The translations under genes and the position numbers were made by a program. A stretch of 50,150 bases of DNA from a virus (taxonomy: Duplodnaviria > Caudoviricetes): the IMG/VR virus record IMGVR_UViG_3300025070_000055, positions 1 through 50,150 of that record; one strand, 5' to 3'. This document shows positions 9,446-17,972 of the stretch, piece by piece (within the stretch, counting starts at the first letter, position 1; the number at the start of each line of letters is the position of its first letter). The notes under the pieces are model-generated. The model searched no databases. It saw nothing but the letters and a program-made list of their open reading frames with translations, and had not been told where the DNA came from.

Positions 9446-11035
9446 TTAATAACCAAAGGTAGCATCTGCTACTCGCATACCACCTTGTGAACTTACGTTT
9501 GGATCGTAATCAAATATACTAAATCGTGGTCTTGACATAATACCATACCTCAAAGCATCGTACAAGTGATCTTCGGAGGTAGTGTCAATATCTTCTGGGT
9601 TTCTTTTGTCGATTGGTAAGGCGGGTAATTGAGCAACAATATTGGTACAATTATTAAAGAACACCATACGAGGCTCTTCTGTATATTCGTCAACCTGTAA
9701 CCTTCTATGTATTTCGTTTTTACCAGCTACACGTGAGCCTTTGGATCTATCTGAAGGACGCCAACGACACCCACGCTGAATCATTTGTTCAGCCAGTGAT
9801 GGGCCAGTATCACCACGCTTGTGCCATAAAGAGCTATCAAGAACGCCATACTTAATATTTCCATCTTCAGCCTCTAAATCTAATACCATATCTGCTAAAT
9901 CAGCAGCTAATACTTTACTTACGTACAACTCTCTATAAATAAACAATTGCTCATTAGGAGCTACGGCAAACCAAATTACTCCAGACTTACTTCCATAGCC
10001 GTAGTCACATGCTCTAAACTTTACCCAATTACTAGGGATATCAAAAGGATCAACTACGTGTATGTTTCTATCAAACTCTGTAAAAGCTGCGCCTTCTTTA
10101 ATATCCCAATCACCATCTAGTAACTGTCTACGCTGCTGTTCAGGTAAAGATAGAAGCATTGCTTCGTAATCACCTTGTTCAGCTAGGTAAGGATTATCGG
10201 AAAGACGGGCAGGTATAAACCTACGTTTGAATAAAGGCTTACCAGCTTTGGCATGTCCAGCAGGATAAGATAGTACCTCAGTCGTTTCAATATCTGTAGC
10301 ATTAAACGCTTCACCATATGGCGCAGGGTCAATAAACATTTTCTTAACCCAATGATGCCCTCTACCTCCTGGGTTGGTAGTAGCTCTCATATATACAGGT
10401 AAGTCAGAGGCGGTAGATCTCAAGCGACTTCGCATGTAGTTCCAAGCGAATGGGGTAGGCCACTGAGTCAATTCGTCAAAACCAATCCAGCTAAACGCAA
10501 GGCCTTGGTATCTTAATACATCATCTTCTTTATCTAAGTAAGACATCCACAGTCTAGCACCAGAGGGTGCAGTCCATTGCATCTTACGTTCTGACCACTT
10601 AATTCCAGGCCATATCTTAGGATACATTTCCTGTGACTTAAAGATAAGTTCTCTTAGTTCTTCTGTAGTATGTCGTAGGAGCAATCCTGAGAAGGCTGGG
10701 TGGCCCATAAAGCGTAAAGGGTCAGCGAGCATTGCATATGACTTACCCCCACCTGCAGAGCCACCATATAGAACCTCACGTTCACCTGCAGCTAAGAAGT
10801 CTGTTTGTGGTCCAGCATTAGGTTTAAATATTACATTATGCTGTTCTTCTATAGGTGCTAATTCAGGTTCTACTATTTTAGCTGGTTTAGGCTGCGCTTG
10901 TTTCTTGGCTGTCGTTGTCTTGCGCTTTTGCCCCGATGCGGTTGCGTTCAATTTCTTCCGCTTTGGCGACTGCCTTTTTCGCATAGTCTGCCCATCTGCG
11001 TAGGCTTCCAGCTTTGTTTTTTCTTCTTCGCTCAT
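9446..11035 (-). CDS. terL: Terminase large subunit (start uncertain)
   Basis: Walker A YGGSAGGGKS, Walker B IGFDELT, ATTNPGG, nuclease motifs DYGY and DHLYDALRY. Confidence 0.95.
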   Translation of the reverse strand: MSEEEKTKLEAYADGQTMRKRQSPKRKKLNATASGQKRKTTTAKKQAQPKPAKIVEPELAPIEEQHNVIFKPNAGPQTDFLAAGEREVLYGGSAGGGKSYAMLADPLRFMGHPAFSGLLLRHTTEELRELIFKSQEMYPKIWPGIKWSERKMQWTAPSGARLWMSYLDKEDDVLRYQGLAFSWIGFDELTQWPTPFAWNYMRSRLRSTASDLPVYMRATTNPGGRGHHWVKKMFIDPAPYGEAFNATDIETTEVLSYPAGHAKAGKPLFKRRFIPARLSDNPYLAEQGDYEAMLLSLPEQQRRQLLDGDWDIKEGAAFTEFDRNIHVVDPFDIPSNWVKFRACDYGYGSKSGVIWFAVAPNEQLFIYRELYVSKVLAADLADMVLDLEAEDGNIKYGVLDSSLWHKRGDTGPSLAEQMIQRGCRWRPSDRSKGSRVAGKNEIHRRLQVDEYTEEPRMVFFNNCTNIVAQLPALPIDKRNPEDIDTTSEDHLYDALRYGIMSRPRFSIFDYDPNVSSQGGMRVADATFGY

Positions 11036-11321
11036 TATCTAACCGTTTCTTTAATCCTACGTGAGATATGGTTCTGCCAGTGTTTCGGGTTAGCCAGTTG
11101 GCAACCTCACGATACGAGTACTGCTTTAAGTACTTCTTGGCTTTCACAAGCATATCAAGTTCGTTATCAATTGGCAAGAGTATTCCGTCATCTTCTGGAT
11201 CTAATTCATATCCAAATGGTACTGTTCTTGCTACACGTGGAATAGGAACCCATTCATTGTCTTCTTGTAGGTCAGTCGGTTGTGGTAGTTTCCATTGTCC
11301 TAATGGCTTAGTCATCGTCAT
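10887..11321 (-). CDS. Putative HTH DNA-binding protein
   Basis: VPFGY followed by SYREVANWL..TGRTISHVGLKKR, resembling a recombinase-type DNA-binding domain; overlaps terL 5' end. Confidence 0.65.
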   Translation of the reverse strand: MTMTKPLGQWKLPQPTDLQEDNEWVPIPRVARTVPFGYELDPEDDGILLPIDNELDMLVKAKKYLKQYSYREVANWLTRNTGRTISHVGLKKRLDNERRRKNKAGSLRRWADYAKKAVAKAEEIERNRIGAKAQDNDSQETSAA

Positions 11322-11682
11322 CCTGTGCTTGTTTAGCTGGCATTAACATAACGCCACCCTTAGCTTCTACCTGCATCTTCTCAGTTTTAACTAAACCAGT
11401 ACGATCTAGTAATTCTTTAGCGGCAGACATTTTATCACGAATACCTAACTCAGTAGGATCATATAAAGCACTAACCATAGCCATTGCAGCTTTAGGTACG
11501 TTACGTGCTAAGTAGCTGTGTGTTACATCAATAATCTCTTCTTTAAGACTATTGGTTATTTCACGGTTAGGTGTATTGGGCGAATACCCAGCAAGTTTCT
11601 TAGCCATAGTAACATCGCCACCTGCCTCATCCATAAGTACATCTAAAAACTTTTGTTGACGTTCTGTTAATTCACGAGCCAT
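11308..11682 (-). CDS. Putative terminase small subunit
   Basis: LTERQQKF..AKKLAGYS HTH pattern and AAKELLDRTG; upstream of terL. Confidence 0.65.
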   Translation of the reverse strand: MARELTERQQKFLDVLMDEAGGDVTMAKKLAGYSPNTPNREITNSLKEEIIDVTHSYLARNVPKAAMAMVSALYDPTELGIRDKMSAAKELLDRTGLVKTEKMQVEAKGGVMLMPAKQAQDDDD

Positions 11683-11683
11683 A

Positions 11684-12136
11684 TTACATCATTTCAAAAT
11701 GTGGGGCATCAATAAAAGGTCTACGTCCTTGTGACCTACGGAGATCTACATATGCGTTCATTGCATCTTCTGCAGTACCAGCATACTCTCTAATGTCTCC
11801 TTCACTCCATGCAGCACCCCATTTAATTGCTACATCATTCTTTCTAGCGGCTTCAGCCATAGCATCACAGATGTCATCATAGACATTGAGTTCCCAAGAA
11901 ATGTCTGAACCAAAGTATGCAACTAGATCTACAGCACGACCCTCAAGATGCTTAGACTTCATAGTCTGTGATCTACCAGATTCGTACAGTTTCTTTTGTT
12001 CTTCTAGTGTACGTAGTCCAAAGGTAACACCAAAGTCTACTTTTGTAATACCAATAGCGTCCTTTACGACTGCTACAATACCTTCGTCTACACCATCTAG
12101 TTTCTTTAAACTTCTACTGCTTAATTTAAATGCCAT
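11684..12136 (-). CDS. Endolysin, M15 family peptidase
   Basis: GLRT..EQ, SKHLEGRAVD, WG..W and DAPHFE zinc-peptidase motifs. Confidence 0.9.
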   Translation of the reverse strand: MAFKLSSRSLKKLDGVDEGIVAVVKDAIGITKVDFGVTFGLRTLEEQKKLYESGRSQTMKSKHLEGRAVDLVAYFGSDISWELNVYDDICDAMAEAARKNDVAIKWGAAWSEGDIREYAGTAEDAMNAYVDLRRSQGRRPFIDAPHFEMM

Positions 12137-12489
12137 TACTTCTTCCCAAAAAACTTACTTACAGAACGAATACCAATGCTGGCACTGACAATTCCACCTA
12201 GTGAATACTGATACCATGCTGGCATAGTTTCCAATGCAGCAAAGCCAGCTTGTACTATACTGTTACCCCAATCACCACAGAACGCTAGAATTAGTGGTAT
12301 TGAGAAGAGTAAAGTAATCCATTCATCTTTCCATGAGTTCTGAGTAGCATTAATAGCTGCTAGATCCCAGTCAATCTCACCAGTAGCTTGTTTTACTTTG
12401 ATTTCAGCATTAGCTTTCTGTACTGCTACTTTACCATCAAGGTACGTAGTTGCTAGTCCACCTACTGCTCCTAAGATCTGACCAATCAT
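12136..12489 (-). CDS. Putative holin
   Basis: Hydrophobic segments, SWKDEW motif, basic C-terminus; coupled to endolysin. Confidence 0.65.
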   Translation of the reverse strand: MIGQILGAVGGLATTYLDGKVAVQKANAEIKVKQATGEIDWDLAAINATQNSWKDEWITLLFSIPLILAFCGDWGNSIVQAGFAALETMPAWYQYSLGGIVSASIGIRSVSKFFGKK

Positions 12490-12692
12490 TTCTCATGCCC
12501 CAGCCAAACGGCAAATGCACCAGTCATAGCACCAGTTACAGTGGCAGTAAGTGCTGTAGCCTGTGATGTCATATCACCAGAAGACAAAGACATAAACCAA
12601 AACAAAACTTCAATGTACATCCACGTCATTACTAACATCATTAGTCTTGGCATAATCTTCCAAGCTAACACACGTTCCATTGCTATAGTCAT
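12486..12692 (-). CDS. Small two-TM membrane protein (lysis module)
   Basis: Two hydrophobic helices; ATGA overlap with next gene. Confidence 0.6.
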   Translation of the reverse strand: MTIAMERVLAWKIMPRLMMLVMTWMYIEVLFWFMSLSSGDMTSQATALTATVTGAMTGAFAVWLGHEK

Positions 12693-12938
12693 TTAAGTTC
12701 TCCTGAATCTTGAGGTTTTCTTTGCAATTTTCTTAGGCTGAGCCACAAACTGCTGACCTGCCTTCGTGCCTCTTCGTTTAGCTCTGGTTGTAGCGGCATA
12801 CTCACTGCTGCTAAGAGACTTAATAGCCTTAGCAGGTAGATACCGCTCACCAGTTTTAGCACTAGGCTTCCCACTTTTAGTTCGCCAATCTTGCTTAGTC
12901 CATTTCTTTAAAGACTTTTGAGATTTAGAGAGAGCCAC
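12693..12938 (-). CDS. Small basic protein
   Basis: 81 aa Lys/Arg-rich; SLKKWTKQDWRTKSGK..ERYLP; GTG start overlaps upstream TAG. Confidence 0.7.
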   Translation of the reverse strand: MALSKSQKSLKKWTKQDWRTKSGKPSAKTGERYLPAKAIKSLSSSEYAATTRAKRRGTKAGQQFVAQPKKIAKKTSRFRRT

Positions 12939-13123
12939 TACCTGTAGCCCCCACCTTTTGCTTTGTATTGTTTTGCGACCATTTGTGCCTTACGTGCGCT
13001 CCACTGTCCAGCTTTTCCACCTTTGCTGCCAGCCTTAACGGATGCAACAAGACGTTTGCGCATAGTAGGCTTAGTATAATTTCCTGCCGCATTAACCGTA
13101 GACTTTTTGCCTGATTTCGCCAC
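12938..13123 (-). CDS. Small basic protein, DUF5872-like
   Basis: YTKPTMRKRL..SKGGKAGQWSARKAQMVAKQYKAKGGGY; probable GTG start at 13123. Confidence 0.7.
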   Translation of the reverse strand: MAKSGKKSTVNAAGNYTKPTMRKRLVASVKAGSKGGKAGQWSARKAQMVAKQYKAKGGGYR

Positions 13124-13232
13124 GACTGATCCCCATGTCATGCAGTTCCTTATCACTTAGATTCATAAGAATCCAATAGTCGGCTCTGCGTTGCTGATTT
13201 TCTTGTAGTTTCTTAAACATACGTTTAAACAT
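13092..13232 (-). CDS. DUF1127-family small protein (46 aa, not in ORF track)
   Basis: Manual translation MFKRMFKKLQENQQRRADYWILMNLSDKELHDMGISRGEIRQKVYG; LSD.EL.D.GISR signature; AAGGAG RBS and upstream promoter. Confidence 0.8.
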   Translation of the reverse strand: MFKRMFKKLQENQQRRADYWILMNLSDKELHDMGISRGEIRQKVYG

Positions 13233-13283
13233 ATTCTATCTCCTTTACAAATACAAAGGTAAGAAATACTTACCCTTATGGAG

Positions 13284-13330
13284 ATAGTTATATCATACTT
13301 AGTTATAACATAGTATAGATAAGATTGCAA
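13284..13330 (-). promoter_or_regulatory. Sigma70-like promoter upstream of DUF1127 gene
   Basis: TTGCAA-N17-TATAAC followed by a second TATGATATAACTAT. Confidence 0.6.
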
Positions 13331-13342
13331 CCCCGTTATGCA

Positions 13343-13711
13343 TTAAGTGCGATTCGGGTCAAAGTACTCTTCTACAGAAACAAGTACTTCCATAGTGTTA
13401 GTAGTTTCACCGTACACTAAAATTTTATCGCCTGAGTGTAAGTTAAAGTATCCACCATTAACTAGGTTAGCTACAGAGTGTCCTGCCATACTAAGTCCAT
13501 TAGCTATGTAATGGTACTCGTTATCGTCAGCATGGTAAAACTGAACAAACACTTTCTTAGTAGAAGTAGAACTGTTACTAATGTGTAGATACCTAGTAAT
13601 GGCACTAAAGTTAGCAGGGCAAGTATACACAGCGGTAGCACTAGCATCTGCCGAAGTAGATGCAATAGTGTACCCTTGTGTGTGAAACTTTGACTTACTT
13701 AGATCAGGCAT
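13343..13711 (-). CDS. Hypothetical beta-rich protein, possibly virion
   Basis: 122 aa; VYTCPA..L.ISN..L.SGDKI pattern; AGGAAG RBS. Confidence 0.65.
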   Translation of the reverse strand: MPDLSKSKFHTQGYTIASTSADASATAVYTCPANFSAITRYLHISNSSTSTKKVFVQFYHADDNEYHYIANGLSMAGHSVANLVNGGYFNLHSGDKILVYGETTNTMEVLVSVEEYFDPNRT

Positions 13712-13720
13712 GTAGCTTCC

Positions 13721-13963
13721 TTATGCTATAATAAAATCTACGATCTGCCCATCAGGTGTACGTAGTTTGTTTGGATTAGGGTTGTATGCATACATCTGAT
13801 TTACTAGCTTTAGGTCTTCTATTGGTGTATCAGGCGTAATTCGATTAGGTTCTTTTTTATCTGTTTGTTTCTCAACTGGTTCACCTACACCATTCTCAAA
13901 CACAATATTTACATGTGTTTGAAATGGCATGTTGGGTAATGGTAAATGAGAAATAAGAGACAT
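13721..13963 (-). CDS. Hypothetical protein
   Basis: 80 aa, TAATG coupling with upstream mini-gene; C-terminal GQIVDFII. Confidence 0.6.
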   Translation of the reverse strand: MSLISHLPLPNMPFQTHVNIVFENGVGEPVEKQTDKKEPNRITPDTPIEDLKLVNQMYAYNPNPNKLRTPDGQIVDFIIA

Positions 13964-14109
13964 TACTTCTTTTTCTTAGTTGCCATGCCACCACGCATCA
14001 TTTTCTTTTTGGGTGCCATACCGCCCCCACGCATCATGGTTTTCTTTTTAGCCATACCACCACCACGCATAGGTGTTTTCTTTTTCATTGCTCTAGGTTT
14101 CATTGCCAT
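13963..14109 (-). CDS. 48-aa Lys/Met/Gly-rich repeat peptide (not in ORF track)
   Basis: MAMKPRAMKKKTPMRGGGMAKKKTMMRGGGMAPKKKMMRGGMATKKKK; GGAG RBS; overlaps both neighbours. Confidence 0.7.
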   Translation of the reverse strand: MAMKPRAMKKKTPMRGGGMAKKKTMMRGGGMAPKKKMMRGGMATKKKK

Positions 14110-14627
14110 TGTTTCTGTCTCCGTTTTCTTCTATCTAACACGAGTGCTTCATACTCGTCTTTAGGATACACATCATAATATCCTAACTTTTCTAAACGTA
14201 AACTTGCGTCATCTACTTTACTTAAAGACTGAATAAACAACATAGCGTATTCATCTTCTATGTCAGACTCCCACTCATGCTCATACAAAAAGTCTAAGTC
14301 TGCATCTTCTGCACCGTAGTCAGGATGAAACTCCATTATGTGTAAATCTCTAGGTGTATAAAGATCATTTAAAAACATAGTAAACTCTTTAAGGTGTACT
14401 GGAGAAGGATAATAGTACGAAGCAACAATAACTAAGTCATACGTATTGTCAAAACTATTGGCTTGTGTAATGGCTTCAATACCAAGATGCTTAGTTTCTA
14501 TTACATTTACTTTGTTTTGTTTCCAAGCTTGCTGTGCATACGGACATGCGGGTAGGCCACCTAAAGTGTCGTTAGGTACTTCTAATACTTTACGTGACCA
14601 ATCCCGTATATCACTTTCTATGCTCAC
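14100..14627 (-). CDS. Hypothetical protein, DUF1415-like
   Basis: PACPYA, MEFHPDY and LFIQ motifs. Confidence 0.6.
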   Translation of the reverse strand: MSIESDIRDWSRKVLEVPNDTLGGLPACPYAQQAWKQNKVNVIETKHLGIEAITQANSFDNTYDLVIVASYYYPSPVHLKEFTMFLNDLYTPRDLHIMEFHPDYGAEDADLDFLYEHEWESDIEDEYAMLFIQSLSKVDDASLRLEKLGYYDVYPKDEYEALVLDRRKRRQKQWQ

Positions 14628-15460
14628 TAGCGGAACAAGCCACCCTTACGCATATCTACGTGACCCTTAGTAACTTTGCCACCACTCTTCATGTAGCCCA
14701 TTTTGTTACGTACAGCAGTAGGCAGTTTCTTTAAGCCAGCTTGATCTGCGGCAGGTTTAGTGAGTCCACCACGTTTGTAGCCTCGTTTGGATTTAAATTT
14801 ATCAGCTACTTTTTTACCTTCTTCTTCTTGCTTCTTAACGTAAGCTGCTAATTCAGCTTTAGTCATGTTACGAGGATCTTTTTTACCAGAAGGCTTGCTA
14901 GTTTCTGCTTTACGAGAGGGAAGGGCATCAGGCAACGTTATTTTCTTTTTACCCGTAGCACCTGCTTGTGCTTTACGAGAAGCTGCTACCGCCGCTGCTT
15001 TATCTGCCGCATCAACTTTCTTTTCGATAGCATCAAATTCTGCTTGTGTAATTTTATTAGCACGTAAATTTTTACCTGCTTCAACTAAAACATCTGCACG
15101 TTGCTTATCAGTAAAGGAACGATACACGCCCATAGATAACGGCTTATTGCCTGCTTGCGTTGTTATAGCTGACATGCTACCAGTAGCAGAAGAGCTTCGT
15201 TCTTTTTCTGACTGCCTACGTTTGTCAGGATCTTTAGGTAATTGACCTTTAGGTTTCTTCGCAGCAGCGTCTGCTTTTTTCATAGCATCAATTTGTTTAT
15301 TTGCCAAAGCATTAATTTCTGCTAATGCATCCTTTTCAGCCTCGCCTTTAAGTTTAGGATTATCTAAAACTTTTTGACGAATCTCGCTCTTTACACTACG
15401 TACACCACCAGGTGTCTTAGGTTTCATTAATTTTTGTAGTAACGTTTTTATTCCAGCCAT
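14627..15460 (-). CDS. Lys/Ala-rich basic protein
   Basis: Likely start ATG 15460 (AAGGAA RBS); three xxGG motifs near C-terminus. Confidence 0.7.
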   Translation of the reverse strand: MAGIKTLLQKLMKPKTPGGVRSVKSEIRQKVLDNPKLKGEAEKDALAEINALANKQIDAMKKADAAAKKPKGQLPKDPDKRRQSEKERSSSATGSMSAITTQAGNKPLSMGVYRSFTDKQRADVLVEAGKNLRANKITQAEFDAIEKKVDAADKAAAVAASRKAQAGATGKKKITLPDALPSRKAETSKPSGKKDPRNMTKAELAAYVKKQEEEGKKVADKFKSKRGYKRGGLTKPAADQAGLKKLPTAVRNKMGYMKSGGKVTKGHVDMRKGGLFR

Positions 15461-15473
15461 TGTTTGGTTTCCT

Positions 15474-15767
15474 TTACCATTTAACTTTATGCGACCAATA
15501 TCTCGCACTTAGCTTACTAGGCTTAGAGTCTTGAGCATTGTGTCTTGCGTAATAACTCTTCTTACGAGCTTTGTCTTTTGCAGTTGTAGGACTCTTACCA
15601 GCACCCTTTACACCCTGCTGTCCGAATCTAATAAATTTATACGTGTCACCTTCTTTAGCCATTACGCAGTGTGACTTCTTAGGATGCTTAGGTGTCCTCT
15701 TAGGTTTGTTAACACCAGAGAGTCCTTCCTCTTTCATTTTAGTTTTAACTCTTTCAGGTACGCTCAT
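15474..15767 (-). CDS. Small basic protein
   Basis: IRFGQQG..RKKSYYARH..KLSARYWSHKVKW; likely start 15767. Confidence 0.7.
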   Translation of the reverse strand: MSVPERVKTKMKEEGLSGVNKPKRTPKHPKKSHCVMAKEGDTYKFIRFGQQGVKGAGKSPTTAKDKARKKSYYARHNAQDSKPSKLSARYWSHKVKW

Positions 15768-15966
15768 CGGTCCATCCTTCTTCACGCATAGCCCACTCTA
15801 CATGCTCTAACGTAAATTTACGACCGTAGTGGGCTTCCACTGCAGTCTTTACATAGAATACATCACTATGGGGAATATGTAAGTCTTCAAGATTACCATC
15901 TAATACGTGTCGGTAAAATTCTTCAAGAACATTATCTGTATATAGTTTTACTGATTTCTTTGCCAT
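15754..15966 (-). CDS. Hypothetical protein, first gene of late arm
   Basis: HIPHSDVFYV..AVEAHYG; overlaps next gene; start 15966 or 15972. Confidence 0.65.
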   Translation of the reverse strand: MAKKSVKLYTDNVLEEFYRHVLDGNLEDLHIPHSDVFYVKTAVEAHYGRKFTLEHVEWAMREEGWTDERT

Positions 15967-16179
15967 TGTCAATACTTTATTTGTACAAATATGAAAGTCC
16001 TCGCCTACAGCGATATTTCATTTACAAGTATACCTTCGGAGATATTCATTTAAGTGTATCACTGTACGTGTATACTTAAAGTATATTTATAGTTACTGTA
16101 TATTTAAGAGATTAGTATATGTGATTGTAAGTGTGTACTGTACGTGTATCACTTATAGTGACCCTACCCTAACTAACAT

Positions 16180-16212
16180 ATATAGTTTTACACATTATAT
16201 GATACATGTCAA
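16180..16212 (-). promoter_or_regulatory. Sigma70-like promoter for late arm
   Basis: TTGACA-N16-TAAAACTATAT; same architecture at 15940-15972. Confidence 0.6.
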
Positions 16213-16909
16213 CCCCTAATCGTACTATTGTAACATTATGTGATATACTGAAACATTCCGTTACCTAGTGATAGCACGTACTGTGTTATAATATAACGTA
16301 CCTACGAGTATGTAAACCACCTTCTGTGTATAGTGGTTAACAGTGCATTTTACTGATCTGTGTAGAAGTACATGTATATATAACGTATACCCCCCGCATG
16401 GCCCCTGCCCGCCCTCTCTCAACACGCAATTGCACGTATCATGCAACGTCATGACCTGTGTTGACAGCAATCAATGCCTCACCATCCACCGACATATCAA
16501 AGATATGAATGATATCAACAGCTTATTTGTCTACGACAACTGTTATGCAATCAGTTGCCATACTAAAGTATGAAAAAACACAGCACATTTTCACACCTTT
16601 GGTGTGTTGCAGTGCCGATGCTCATTATAACACCACCCACCATCTGTGATGGTCATGCGCATCATCACATAGCATATCCACGAGCCGCATGTAGCTCTGC
16701 CAATGGATCACCAACCGTCCAACATTGGACACTTCACATCTTTGATGTGGCAATTAAGCAACAGTTTCAGTGACCCAACCCAAACTTGGCTTGTGAGTTT
16801 AGCGCACGAACTTCACTACGTAGTTAGTGCTAACTACTACGTTGCAGTCATACGGGAAACGACAGGCGCAGAGGATCACGAGGCAACTTTTCTCTGGACA
16901 AACTCTATA

Positions 16910-16991
16910 CTATCTTCTAATAGTTTTATAAGAGAATTATATCTCACTTCTTGTGAGAGATATAAGTTCTCTTTTATAAAACAGAAGATAG
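16910..16991 (+). repeat. Long bulged inverted repeat upstream of first early gene
   Basis: CTATCTTCT..GTTTTATAAGAGAATTATATCTC pairs with GAGATATAAGTTCTCTTTTATAAAAC-AGAAGATAG. Confidence 0.85.
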
Positions 16992-17005
16992 ATAGGAAAA
17001 CGAAA

Positions 17006-17578
17006 ATGGCAAACTCAACAGCAACAACCGGTACTTCAATAGACGCTTTAGTGAAAGAGGGCAAAGCCCTTGGTTCAATTTGGCGTCAAGTGAACAGCCT
17101 CAAGCAAACCATCAAAGAGAATGGTTTTGATACAAGGTTGGGTAAATTGCTACAGCAATTGAAAGCGTCATCTACTGTAGACAGCGGTCAAATACCAACA
17201 CATGTTCTTCGAACACATGGTATTCAGCAGATTGATCGTCGCCGTCGTTCAGAAGCTTTGTGGTTCGTTGAAAACGAAAAAGAGTGTCGTGAGTTTATTG
17301 CCAATGGCAATTTCAAAGGTTCATCACTGACAGCTTTACAAGCTGCAATGCGTAAAGCTGCTAAAGCAGATGACGCTGAAACCACCGAAGGTGAAGTGTC
17401 CAATGTTGGACAGTCTGAGCCTACTGAACAGCCAAAGGCTGATGCACCTAAGCCTCGTATCACTCACAAGGTGATGGTGAATACCATCCTTGCTCAAGCT
17501 GAACTCAATGGCTTGGATCTTGAAAAGATCATTGAAGATCTGATGGCTGCTGTTCCTTCACAGCAAGTGGCAGCATGA
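17006..17578 (+). CDS. First early protein, putative helical DNA-binding protein
   Basis: Likely start MANSTAT at 17006 (AGGA RBS), not 16703; LGKLLQQLK..IDRRRRSEALWF. Confidence 0.75.
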   Translation: MANSTATTGTSIDALVKEGKALGSIWRQVNSLKQTIKENGFDTRLGKLLQQLKASSTVDSGQIPTHVLRTHGIQQIDRRRRSEALWFVENEKECREFIANGNFKGSSLTALQAAMRKAAKADDAETTEGEVSNVGQSEPTEQPKADAPKPRITHKVMVNTILAQAELNGLDLEKIIEDLMAAVPSQQVAA

Positions 17579-17775
17579 GGTACAAAGTACCTAACACCAA
17601 AGCCAGCGTTGAGCAATCACAGCTTGACGCTGCTATGGCACAGTTCTGCGAACTCGCAGACGATATGAACCGTCCAACATTGGACACTTTGATTGCTAAC
17701 ACATTAACTCCTAAAGAGTTAAAGAAACGTGAACCAACACTTATCTACGATAGTGGATGGAAGGATGCATCATGA
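17575..17775 (+). CDS. Hypothetical early protein
   Basis: 66 aa, ATGA overlaps at both ends. Confidence 0.65.
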   Translation: MRYKVPNTKASVEQSQLDAAMAQFCELADDMNRPTLDTLIANTLTPKELKKREPTLIYDSGWKDAS

Positions 17776-17972
17776 ATTACTCTGTAATTGTATTAAATGC
17801 TGATGGTGAAACCATCTTTGAAACCAAACCATATGATGGTGACTGTGAACTGGCTGGGAAAGCTATGGGCAGATGCGCTGACAGATGGGAAAAACGTGGC
17901 TACGAAGTAGAGTTTCGTGAAACAAAAGACGCTGCTGTGGATTTACATTTGCATGGGTGGCACAATGATTAA
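17772..17972 (+). CDS. Hypothetical early protein
   Basis: AAGGA RBS; ATGA coupling. Confidence 0.6.
   Translation: MNYSVIVLNADGETIFETKPYDGDCELAGKAMGRCADRWEKRGYEVEFRETKDAAVDLHLHGWHND

Larger units (their letters stand above)
15973..17005. other. Divergent non-coding control region, probable genome termini
   Basis: Switch point between minus and plus gene arms; AT-rich, hairpin-rich; no convincing ORFs. Confidence 0.6.

Noticed and set aside
16261-16773. Short ORFs in the divergent region
   Set aside because: No RBS, atypical composition, mutually overlapping; likely spurious
16703-17005. N-terminal extension of the 291-aa ORF
   Set aside because: Runs through hairpins with no RBS; ATG 17006 has an RBS and starts phage-like sequence
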